This document shows positions 49,511 to 57,121 of a DNA stretch of 64,000 nucleotides, piece after piece. This DNA is from Deltaproteobacteria bacterium (lineage in GTDB: Bacteria > Desulfobacterota > GWC2-55-46). The stretch is taken from NCBI GenBank assembly GCA_016218105.1, contig JACRET010000036.1, positions 5,304 to 69,303 on the forward strand, given 5' to 3'. The first letter of the stretch is position 1; each line of letters opens with the position of its first letter. Below the pieces are notes generated by a model, which was given only the letters and a program-made list of their open reading frames with translations, did no database searches and was not told the origin of the DNA. Made by a program: the position numbers and the translations under genes.

Positions 49511-49580
49511 TTGAGGCTCCGCAAAACAGCCGGGAACCTTCGAAATGTCAGAATGTTACAATTTATATTCTCGCTCCCCC
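49511..49580 (+). repeat. Dispersed intergenic repeat, family 2, copy C
   Basis: TTGAGGCTCCGCAAAACAGCCGGGAACCTTCGAAATGTCAGAATGTTACAATTTATATTCTCGCTCCCCC aligns with copy A at 20759..20833. Confidence 0.6.
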
Positions 49581-49659
49581 GCTGAACGCGGAGAATGCGG
49601 CCGCGATAAGATTTCAGAAATAAAAAGCTCATTCAGGGCAGGATACCCCCAAGGCCCAT

Positions 49660-51477
49660 TTGTCTATGGAAAAAAACTTTTCATTCAGGCGGCTCTTCCC
49701 GCCCCTCCTTATACTTCTCGGATTCATCATATATATCAACGCGCTCAGCGCCCCTTTCGTGTATGACGACCGGGGTTATATAACCCATAACGAGGCCATA
49801 AAGGACCTGACGAACTTCCTCGACCTTTCCGGGACAAGGTACATCGGATTTTTGAGCTTCGCCGTAAACTATTACATCAGTGGATATACCCCTTTCGATT
49901 ACCACCTGCTGAACGTGTTGATACATATCGTCAATTCCATCCTGATATTCCAGCTTGTGGCCCTTACCTTCAAAACCCCCCTGCTTAAGGCCGCCGGTAA
50001 AGGGCGCGAGGGGCTCTCTATAGCCTTTGCCGTTTCCGCCATATTCCTTGCGCACCCGGTACAGACGCAGGCCGTAACGTATATAACCCAGCGGTTCACG
50101 TCTTTGGCCACGCTTTTTTATCTGCTCTCGATCTTCCTCTATGTAAAATCAAAGATCTCCATGAAAGAAGGTTCGGGGGGGCTCGGGCCCTGGGTTATCT
50201 ACTCAGGCTCTCTCGTATCCGCCCTTCTCGCCATGAAGACAAAGGAAATAAGCTTCACATTGCCTTTTTTGCTTTTGTTGTACGAGATTGTCTTCTTCGG
50301 CATCGAAAAAGACCGGCGCTCCGTGGCGATGAGGGCGCTATTCTATCTGACCGTCCTGATAATCCCGATTTCGTTAATAGGCCAGGGCGGAGACCATGTC
50401 ACAAGGGCGCTGCGGGATCTGCAGCTTAAGGAGGCTGCGGGCCTGCCGAGAGATATATATGTGTACACCCAGTTCAACGTGATCATGACTTACATAAGGC
50501 TCTTGTTCCTGCCGATAAATCAGAGGATCGACTACGCCTACCCCCTGTCGGATACCCTGTTCGAGCCATATACCTTCGTCTCTTTTCTCATTCTGCTGAC
50601 GCTTTTTGTATCTTCCGTATTCTGGCTCAGGCGGTCTTACATAAAAAAAGACATCTATGGTATTTTCTTCTCTTTTGGCGTCATCTGGTTCTTCATGACA
50701 CTGTCTATAGAGTCCTTTGCCGTTCCCATACAGGACGTGATATTCGAGCACAGGATATATCTGCCGGGCATAGGATTTATAATGTCCGTGGTATCCGTCT
50801 TATTTTATTTCATGTCGTTTCTTGAGAGGCGCATGGGCCTGAAGGTATTTCACCCAGCCGCGATCGCGTCAATAATCATCGTATTGTCCGCGCCCCTTGC
50901 CTACTCGACGCACAGGAGGAATATCGTCTGGGGCGATGAATTGAAATTGCTTGACGAGGCCATAGGTGAAAAAACCGGCAAGTCCAGGCTTTATTACATA
51001 AGGGCTATGGTATATACGGAGAGGGGAGAGTTCGAAATGGCCCTCAAAGACGCTGATTCGGCCGTCCGGCTGAGCCCTCAGTCTGCCGAGATGCACAATA
51101 TCCGGGGTTATGCCTATTCTTCCATCGGAAGACATGAGGAATCGATAAAGGACTTTAACAACGCCTTAACGGCCGACCCCAGGTATTACATGGCCTATTT
51201 TAACCGTGGCCGCTCATATTCGTTCCTTAAAAGATACGATCTCGCTATCGCAGACTATACAAAGGCGATCGAGGTACGCCCGGATTACGGGGGCGCTTAT
51301 AACAACCGCGGCGTAATCTACGCCGAGGTGGGCGATATGGAAAATGCCGGGAAGGACTTGAGCGAGGCTTGCAGGATGAAGCACCTTGAGGCCTGCGATA
51401 ATCTACGGTTCCTTAAGGATTACTTGAAGTCCGGGGGTGAAAAGCTTCCGGGAAAGGCGGAAGGGCGGTATTATTGA
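49660..51477 (+). CDS. Polytopic membrane glycosyltransferase-like protein with C-terminal TPR repeats (TMTC / PMT_2-like), paralog 2
   Basis: FVYDDRGYITHNEAI...FDYHLLNVLIHIVNSIL, many TM helices, and four or more C-terminal TPRs (AYFNRGRSYSFLKRYDLAIADYTKAIEVRPDY...). Confidence 0.7.
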   Translation: MSMEKNFSFRRLFPPLLILLGFIIYINALSAPFVYDDRGYITHNEAIKDLTNFLDLSGTRYIGFLSFAVNYYISGYTPFDYHLLNVLIHIVNSILIFQLVALTFKTPLLKAAGKGREGLSIAFAVSAIFLAHPVQTQAVTYITQRFTSLATLFYLLSIFLYVKSKISMKEGSGGLGPWVIYSGSLVSALLAMKTKEISFTLPFLLLLYEIVFFGIEKDRRSVAMRALFYLTVLIIPISLIGQGGDHVTRALRDLQLKEAAGLPRDIYVYTQFNVIMTYIRLLFLPINQRIDYAYPLSDTLFEPYTFVSFLILLTLFVSSVFWLRRSYIKKDIYGIFFSFGVIWFFMTLSIESFAVPIQDVIFEHRIYLPGIGFIMSVVSVLFYFMSFLERRMGLKVFHPAAIASIIIVLSAPLAYSTHRRNIVWGDELKLLDEAIGEKTGKSRLYYIRAMVYTERGEFEMALKDADSAVRLSPQSAEMHNIRGYAYSSIGRHEESIKDFNNALTADPRYYMAYFNRGRSYSFLKRYDLAIADYTKAIEVRPDYGGAYNNRGVIYAEVGDMENAGKDLSEACRMKHLEACDNLRFLKDYLKSGGEKLPGKAEGRYY

Positions 51478-51659
51478 TGCTCACTGATACCATTGTTCCC
51501 GTTGGCATCATAGGTGTAGGTCAGGGTAGTCCCGTCCCCGTAATCCACGCCGGTCAGGCGGTTTGCGTTGTCGTGGGTATAGGTCGCCGAAAAGGCCGGG
51601 GCGCAGACAAACAGGCTTATCAGAAAGACCAATAGGGAGATATATTTTTTAGAGTTCAT
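51471..51659 (-). CDS. Small secreted peptide (62 aa) containing RHS/YD-repeat motifs
   Basis: MNSKKYISLLVFLISLFVCAPAFSA signal, then TYTHDNANRLTGVDYGDGTTLTYTYDANGN, which fits Y.YD..GRL........G....Y.YD..GN. The 3' end overlaps the convergent TMTC-like gene by 7 nt. Confidence 0.4.
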   Translation of the reverse strand: MNSKKYISLLVFLISLFVCAPAFSATYTHDNANRLTGVDYGDGTTLTYTYDANGNNGISEHQ

Positions 51660-51736
51660 GAATTGCACCTTTAAAGATACATCTGAAAATCATTTGCGCT
51701 CAGTTACAGTCAATGGCTTTGAATATTTTTCGGACA

Positions 51737-51774
51737 GTAGGTGTTGGGTTACGCTCCGCTAACCCAACACCTAC
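51737..51774. repeat. REP hairpin 1
   Basis: GTAGGTGTTGGGTTA-CGCTCCGC-TAACCCAACACCTAC: a perfect 15-bp stem with GTAG at both ends. Confidence 0.85.
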
Positions 51775-51849
51775 CAGACTATAATTCGACATGCAATGTC
51801 ATTATGTTGCCTGTTTTGATGGTGGGCGGTGCACACCCTGATTATCTGT

Positions 51850-52452
51850 CTATTTGTCACCATACTCAACGGCTGCCTTTATCGCCTCCACGATATTTTT
51901 ATGTATTGAATCTTTTTTCTTATTTATTTCCGCGATATCAAAATAAGAATTAAAATTGATAGTATTGCCATTAGGTTCTTCGTAATATCCAACCGTCTCC
52001 ATCTTCCATGTCCCGTCGGTATAAAACTCTAGACCCATGTTAACCTTTGTACCATTTTCTGGCTGAAACTGTATGTCAGTACTAAAATCCGATAAAACCA
52101 GCAATCTATCCTCGTACATACTTGTCCGTATAAAGCTATTAATTTGACCGTCATTTGCGTATCTTTGTCCTCCTATATACTTATAACGCCAAACACCTGG
52201 ATTTTTCTTGAACTGCACACCCGCATCCATAAGCTCTTTGATTTTTTTAGCAACCACCTTTGTTAATTCGTCAATGCATCGATCCATTGCTTTCTGTTTT
52301 TCCGCCTTGGTAACTTCTTTCTTCCTTTCGTTGGCGGCATTGGTTTTTTGCTGTTTTATAATATCTTCTGCATTGGAACTGAATGCTGCAATAGGAGAAA
52401 TCAGGTTAATACGATTATTAAGACGAATATTCTCATTGGAAGTTCTCCACAA
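51850..52452 (-). CDS. Hypothetical protein in an AT-rich region, bracketed by inverted REPs
   Basis: A 200-codon ORF from a TTG. The first ATG is at codon 56 (MDRCIDEL..., 52287). I recognise no motif. The N-terminus is Lys/Glu-rich and the C-terminal half looks beta-rich. Confidence 0.45.
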   Translation of the reverse strand: MWRTSNENIRLNNRINLISPIAAFSSNAEDIIKQQKTNAANERKKEVTKAEKQKAMDRCIDELTKVVAKKIKELMDAGVQFKKNPGVWRYKYIGGQRYANDGQINSFIRTSMYEDRLLVLSDFSTDIQFQPENGTKVNMGLEFYTDGTWKMETVGYYEEPNGNTINFNSYFDIAEINKKKDSIHKNIVEAIKAAVEYGDK

Positions 52453-52472
52453 TACGATTAATTGAGAGCCAC

Positions 52473-52507
52473 GTAGGTTGGGTTAGCGAAGCGTAACCCA
52501 ACAAACC
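52473..52507. repeat. REP hairpin 2 (opposite orientation to REP1 and REP3)
   Basis: GTAGGTTGGGTTA-GCGAAGCG-TAACCCAAC. It abuts the stop codon of the RAYT gene. Confidence 0.85.
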
Positions 52508-53050
52508 TTATTCATGCCCGATATTGCCTTCAAACTCGATCTCGCTCTCCGCGCTCCAATCAATAGCGTAAAGGCCATCTTTTACATATCGATGAAAGCT
52601 TGAGTAAGGCCACTCTTTGGGCGACTTTACCAGCCCGTGTTTCACAGGATTATAATGAATATAATCAACGTGTCTTATAAAATCATCTTCATTCACAATC
52701 GTGTGTTCCCAAAAACGGCGTTGCCAAACCGCCTGTTCGCCACTTTTTACCCTTGAAGCCGTCTGCGGGTTTTTATATTTATTGTGACAGCCCTTTGTGA
52801 AGCACGTTTTAAAGAGCCTCCATCTCGTCGAGAAGTCGTTGTCGTTTTCAGGCAATGTCCAGATACAATGTATATGGTACGGCAACAGAACGAATGCATC
52901 CATCATAAAGGGGCGTTGGGTCATTACACGTTTAAACGCCTCTTTTATGAGCAGCACATTGGCCTTGCGGCACAAAATCTTTTTTCTTCCGTGCGTGACC
53001 ACAGTAAAGAAAAATGTCGCACCTTTTGCTTTCGACCTGCGATATTGCAT
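52508..53050 (-). mobile_element. REP-associated tyrosine transposase (RAYT; IS200/IS605-type Y1 HUH transposase)
   Basis: 180 aa; FFTVVTHGRKK, the HUH motif LLPYHIHCIW, WQRRFWEH, and the catalytic Tyr region YIHYNPVKHGLV. It is flanked on both sides by inverted REP hairpins. Confidence 0.85.
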
Positions 53051-53060
53051 CTCTTCTATT

Positions 53061-53099
53061 GTGTTGGGTTACGCTCCGCTAACCCAACCTACCAGACTA
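53061..53099. repeat. REP hairpin 3
   Basis: GTGTTGGGTTA-CGCTCCGC-TAACCCAAC-CTACCAGACTA, with the same loop and 3' tail as REP1. Confidence 0.85.
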
Positions 53100-53158
53100 A
53101 CGCAGGCTCCTCTACACCAAATACAGCCCTCTTTTTTGTCTTGACGATGGGGATAGCT

Positions 53159-54037
53159 TTAAGCAAAACATCTGTGCCTGCCATGAAACCAGAATGTCTG
53201 AGTTATTATAAATTTTAAAAAATCGTAATCTTCCGGTTTGAATTTATGGTGTGTAACAAAAATCTTATTAAAAGCACTTTTGTTTAAATTTTCCCACTCA
53301 CCATTCTCGCGATTTCCAAACAGCTCGGACCAAGTTTTTTCAACCTTTTTGAATCCATATGTTTTGTTTTTACCATCAAACCCTTGGAGTCCAATTTTAT
53401 TGAGCGTCTTGGCAATTTGAGAGTCGATCACAAAAGACTTTCCATTCACATTTGTTAAAGCCCATAAGGCAAGCTTGTCACCGACACCGTTAATTTTATT
53501 TTCTTTTCCTTGAAAATTTTTTTGAAAAAATTGTTCATTATTATCAAACATATCAATCATGCTGCAGATAGTTGTGTCACATTTCCATTTATGAATTTTA
53601 TCTACTATCGAAAAAAGTACCATCAAACCGCCGAGCCAGAAGCGACCAGGAACTGTGTCGTATAATCTTTTAAAATCGACATCTTCTAAAAGTGTTTTAA
53701 AATTTTTGCTATTTTCAGTATCAGCTAGAAAACTATCGTAAGCTGATTTTCTATTCAGTTTAGCTTCCTTATAAGAGTTAAGTAGTGCCGCGATACAGCG
53801 CACATTCTGTTTTTCCATTCTTATTTTTATTAGAGTTTTTTTTAGATTTTTATTATTTTCTCGAAATAATTGAATCTCCTCATCGCTAGTTGCCCTATCT
53901 AAAAATGCTGTCAGGAAATAATGGTCGTGGTCTGCATTTTTATCTTTTAAACGTTCATCGAGCTGATGTTTCACATGATACGCAATAATTTGTTTTTCAG
54001 GGTCATGTGGCAGATATACCATCTCCACATCAAGCAT
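53159..54037 (-). CDS. Hypothetical AT-rich orphan protein with an HhH-GPD (endonuclease III / glycosylase)-like C-terminal half
   Basis: INGVGDKLALWALTNVNGKSFVIDSQIAKTLNKIGL parallels the EndoIII segment [37 protein letters not shown], with the HhH, the Lys and the Asp in register. The C-terminal FWFHGRHRCFA parallels LILHGRYTC, but the protein stops before any Fe-S cluster loop. Confidence 0.4.
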   Translation of the reverse strand: MLDVEMVYLPHDPEKQIIAYHVKHQLDERLKDKNADHDHYFLTAFLDRATSDEEIQLFRENNKNLKKTLIKIRMEKQNVRCIAALLNSYKEAKLNRKSAYDSFLADTENSKNFKTLLEDVDFKRLYDTVPGRFWLGGLMVLFSIVDKIHKWKCDTTICSMIDMFDNNEQFFQKNFQGKENKINGVGDKLALWALTNVNGKSFVIDSQIAKTLNKIGLQGFDGKNKTYGFKKVEKTWSELFGNRENGEWENLNKSAFNKIFVTHHKFKPEDYDFLKFIITQTFWFHGRHRCFA

Positions 54038-54112
54038 CTCCTTAAGAATGCTCTCTAGTTTCTTAGGTGTTATTGTTATCTTTTTATCCTTTTTTATATT
54101 GTCCCTTATAAA

Positions 54113-54161
54113 CTTGCGCCAGCTTCCCTATCTCCTCAGCAACGTAGGGGAAGAGCGCAAG
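54113..54161 (-). terminator. Imperfect inverted repeat just downstream of tRNA-Leu (possible terminator)
   Basis: CTTGCGCCAGCTTCCC...GGGGAAGAGCGCAAG. On the minus strand it is followed by TTTATAAG. Confidence 0.35.
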
Positions 54162-54175
54162 TAATTGATTTTAAA

Positions 54176-54263
54176 TGGTGCCCGAGGCCGGACTCGAACC
54201 GGCACGGCTTTGAGGGCCGCGGGATTTTAAGTCCCGTGCGTCTACCAATTCCGCCACTCGGGC
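54176..54263 (-). tRNA. tRNA-Leu (anticodon UAA) with encoded CCA
   Basis: The reverse complement is GCCCGAGTGGCGGAATTGGTAGACGCACGGGACTTAAAATCCCGCGGCCCTCAAAGCCGTGCCGGTTCGAGTCCGGCCTCGGGCACCA. It has a 7-bp acceptor stem, anticodon loop CT-TAA-AA, a long variable arm and a GGTTCGAGTCC T-loop. Confidence 0.92.
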
Positions 54264-54471
54264 ATATAAAGGCCCGCAAAACCCAATTATACACAGATTT
54301 ATACACGCCGCCAGGCGCTTTGATAAAACCACCTTGTCACAATTATCAAATATTTAAAGTTCTGTCAACAACGGCCGATAATTATTACAGGCTATTCGCT
54401 TATTTTCTTTTGAAAAATTTGCGATCATTCTTCAATTAATGGCTGACACAGATTACAAGTCTTGGTTTACC

Positions 54472-54499
54472 TTGACAATTGTGGTTTCATTGTTATAAT
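54472..54499 (+). promoter_or_regulatory. Near-consensus sigma70 promoter for the cytochrome-porin gene
   Basis: TTGACA, a 16-nt spacer, then TATAAT. It lies about 100 nt upstream of the ATG at 54603. Confidence 0.55.
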
Positions 54500-54602
54500 T
54501 ACGGAAAATCGGCAAAGGAGGATGCCCTTTAAAGGCCGACCTTTCCCTTTCGGGTTTTTTCTGTTTTTAAAAAGGCTGCAAACTAATATCAAAGGAGGTT
54601 GT

Positions 54603-55841
54603 ATGAGTAGAAAATTAATTTATGCTGTGGCCATGGTTTTTTTCTTCGCGTTCTCTGTATTCGCGACCCGCGAGGCCTCAGCAGTACCAGCTTTTGCAAG
54701 GCAGACCGGCATGGCCTGTAATTCATGTCACTTCCAGCACTTCCCAACGTTGAATGCCTTTGGTCGCGCCTTCAAGGAAGGCGGGTACACCCAGATCGGC
54801 GGACAGAGCCTTATAGAAGGCGACTACCTTTCCCTGCCCGTCAATCTCAATGCATCGCTGGTTACGAAGATCAGATACCAGAAGAGAAATGGGGATAGCG
54901 AAACCGGCAGCGCAGGCAATCTCAATAAAGGCGAATTTCAGTTCCCTGACGAAGCCGCTCTCTTGATCGGCGGACGCGCAGGCGAACATATCGGCTTCCT
55001 CCTTGAAGCTTCGCTTAAGGACGGCGACAGCCGCTTTACATCTTTCAAGGCTCCTATCGTATTCGACACAATGGGCGTGAAACTCAGCGCCATACCTTTT
55101 ACAACTGATTCAGCCGGACCGTCATACGGTTTTGAACTTTTAAACACCGGCGCCGTAAGGATGGATCGCATCCTTGAGCACAGGACTCAGACCTCAGCCC
55201 AGCAGTACATAGGCACGGACGGCGCGGCCACAGGCGCTTCCTTTGTAGCCTCAAAGGGAATCGGTTATGTCAACTATACGCTCTGGTATCCTGAGCACGG
55301 TGATGCGGCCGCAGGGCCGTTCTTGAATTACCTCAGGGTAGCGGCGACACCGACGATAGCCGGTTGGGATATCGGCGGCGGTTTCCAGCTCTGGAACGGA
55401 ACATCAAAGATAGGCAATGGCGCAGCCGCCACACAGGAGAGGGCTGACGCATGGGCCATAGACGCGCAGGCTCAGGGCACAGTCGGAACCTTACCGATAG
55501 GCGTTTATTTTACTTACGCTAACGCTGCCAAGTCAGACGCGAGTGAGATCGAAAACAGGTACAACGCCTCAACAGTAGACGATAAGACCGCATGGACCAT
55601 CCTCGGTGAAGTCGGCGTAATCCCGAACAGGCTTACGCTCGCGGCAGCGTATCGCTCCGGGAAAAATGGCGACCCCAACGACAACGGCCAGGACAGCGAC
55701 AACGCCACAACAGTCGGCGCTGTTTACAATGCCACACAGAACCTCCAGGTTCATGTCAACCACTCATTCCTCTCTGGTGACGTGACAACTGACGCGAGCG
55801 GCGATCAGCTTACAACAGTAATGCTCTTCGCAGCGTTCTAA
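54603..55841 (+). CDS. Cyc2/Cyt572-like fused monoheme cytochrome c - outer-membrane beta-barrel protein
   Basis: Start at the ATG at 54603 (AAAGGAGG RBS). The signal peptide ends ASA. It is followed immediately by VPAFARQTGMACNSCHFQHFPTLNAFGRAFKEGGY, which carries the protein's only CXXCH (54717-54731). The remaining ~370 aa are Gly/aromatic-rich with alternating beta-strand pattern and contain no other Cys. The C-terminus is an aromatic residue (...MLFAAF). Confidence 0.6.
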   Translation: MSRKLIYAVAMVFFFAFSVFATREASAVPAFARQTGMACNSCHFQHFPTLNAFGRAFKEGGYTQIGGQSLIEGDYLSLPVNLNASLVTKIRYQKRNGDSETGSAGNLNKGEFQFPDEAALLIGGRAGEHIGFLLEASLKDGDSRFTSFKAPIVFDTMGVKLSAIPFTTDSAGPSYGFELLNTGAVRMDRILEHRTQTSAQQYIGTDGAATGASFVASKGIGYVNYTLWYPEHGDAAAGPFLNYLRVAATPTIAGWDIGGGFQLWNGTSKIGNGAAATQERADAWAIDAQAQGTVGTLPIGVYFTYANAAKSDASEIENRYNASTVDDKTAWTILGEVGVIPNRLTLAAAYRSGKNGDPNDNGQDSDNATTVGAVYNATQNLQVHVNHSFLSGDVTTDASGDQLTTVMLFAAF

Positions 55842-55860
55842 GACTCTAGCAGAACGGTTC

Positions 55861-55894
55861 AAAGGGAGGGTTTAAACAACCCTCCCTTTTTTTA
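55861..55894 (+). terminator. Rho-independent terminator after the cytochrome-porin gene
   Basis: AAAGGGAGGGTT-TAAAC-AACCCTCCCTTT followed by a T-run. Confidence 0.85.
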
Positions 55895-55958
55895 TTTCCA
55901 CGAAAAGGCTTCTCCCCCTGCCCTCAAAAACCATAGCGGGTTCGAGCGCTCTGTGGCT

Positions 55959-56999
55959 TCAGACATTCTCAATTTTCTCTTCTATCCAAAGGCCATTTTG
56001 CGCGGCTTCCGGGGCGGACTCAGCTGATGCGGCGACGTCAGGGAGCCCGAATATCATGCTTCCATCTGAGGCTGTCCCTATCCTTGCCAGATTGATGATT
56101 AGAAGGCCGACTCTCCGGCCTGCAAAGGGAGGATTTTTCCCATCTATTGCATGGTCCAGATCGAACGCAAACCTGAAATCCTTTAACTCGTCTATTGAGC
56201 CCGCGTAATTCGCGATGAGAGGGTCAAGCTCGAAACCCTTCCCGCAGAGGGCGCCGCCGGTTTCTGACGCGAGGTTCAGCACGAGCCTGAACCTAAGGCA
56301 ATGGCCGCCTGCGGTCCTTATAATGCCTGATGACGTCAGTTTGACCGGCTCAGGATTGGAATAACGTTTACCCAGGAGGTAACAGCTGTCGTCGTCCTCG
56401 CCATCCTTCTCAGAGGGCTCTTGCCGCTGCTCATCATCGTCTTTCTTCTTTCTAAAGCCCGCCCTGCTCTTTCTCCAGTAAAGCTTTAAAAACCTTAACC
56501 TCAAACCGGGAAGTATTTCATTAAGCAGCGTCATCAGAAAAGGGGCGCCAGCGGCTTGGGGTAAATCTATCTGCCGGGGCGCGCTTGCCTCCTGGGGAGA
56601 CACTGACTTGAGAATGGATTTAAGATCCTTGAAAAGCGTTACGGCATCGATCTCTTCGGATTCCAACTTATTAAGAAGAGCAACCAAACCCGCCTCCCCC
56701 TTCAAAATCCTTTCCTTAAGGAGGGCACTGATCAGGGTCTTTAGCGAATCTTGGGATATAGCCGGTTGAGTGGGAGGGGGTGTCTCTGAGGAAGACAAAT
56801 ATTTAAGAACTGACTTAAGCTCTTTGGAGAGCGTAACGACATCGGCAACTCCGAGCCTGAGGATATCAGCATTACCGGCACTGACATCGCTGACTGGACG
56901 GTTTCCGGTTTTCTGTACCTTCAAGCCCGGCTCACCCTTGGCCGCCTCTTCGTTGACGCAAGGCTTACTTAAGGGTATTTTAGTATCTGGCACCTGCAT
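55959..56999 (-). CDS. Hypothetical protein (346 aa) with an internal repeat and an acidic/basic linker
   Basis: VVTLSKELKSVLKYLSS and AVTLFKDLKSILKSVSP repeat. The central segment is RKKKDDDEQRQEPSEKDGEDDD. I recognise no family for the C-terminal ~150 aa. Confidence 0.5.
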   Translation of the reverse strand: MQVPDTKIPLSKPCVNEEAAKGEPGLKVQKTGNRPVSDVSAGNADILRLGVADVVTLSKELKSVLKYLSSSETPPPTQPAISQDSLKTLISALLKERILKGEAGLVALLNKLESEEIDAVTLFKDLKSILKSVSPQEASAPRQIDLPQAAGAPFLMTLLNEILPGLRLRFLKLYWRKSRAGFRKKKDDDEQRQEPSEKDGEDDDSCYLLGKRYSNPEPVKLTSSGIIRTAGGHCLRFRLVLNLASETGGALCGKGFELDPLIANYAGSIDELKDFRFAFDLDHAIDGKNPPFAGRRVGLLIINLARIGTASDGSMIFGLPDVAASAESAPEAAQNGLWIEEKIENV

Positions 57000-57050
57000 A
57001 GTTGGCCCCGGATACTTTATCGGCTTTTATATCGAAAACTTAACCACACC

Positions 57051-57121
57051 CGGCGCTCGCAAGCCGTTCGACTCCCAAATTAGCTTTTCTGATCAACTCT
57101 GGCGGAAGGGGGAGGGAGTCG
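57051..57121. repeat. Duplicate of the tRNA-Sec 3' end (23 nt) plus about 48 nt of its downstream flank
   Basis: CGGCGCTCGCAAGCCGTTCGACTCCCAAATTAGCTTTTCTGATCAACTCTGGCGGAAGGGGGAGGGAGTCG is repeated at 57209..57280 with two substitutions and one indel. The sequences diverge after GAGTCG. Confidence 0.85.

Noticed and set aside
51741-51953. Plus-strand ORFs beginning MLGYAPLTQ... (also 52797..53144 and 52784..53218).
   Set aside because: They start inside REP hairpins and run antisense to the RAYT gene or the orphan ORF. They are classic REP-derived spurious ORFs.
54176-54263. tRNA-Leu as the attachment site of a classical integrative island.
   Set aside because: The adjacent 2.7-kb AT-rich segment has no integrase gene and no direct repeat of the tRNA 3' end. 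Only the composition and the RAYT point to mobility.
54462-54602. 47-aa N-terminal extension of the cytochrome-porin ORF, and a possible leader peptide starting at the ATG at 54522.
   Set aside because: The extension starts at a non-ATG codon inside the promoter -35/-10 region. The ATG at 54522 has GGAGG with zero spacing. The ATG at 54603 has a well-spaced AAAGGAGG and yields a proper signal peptide.
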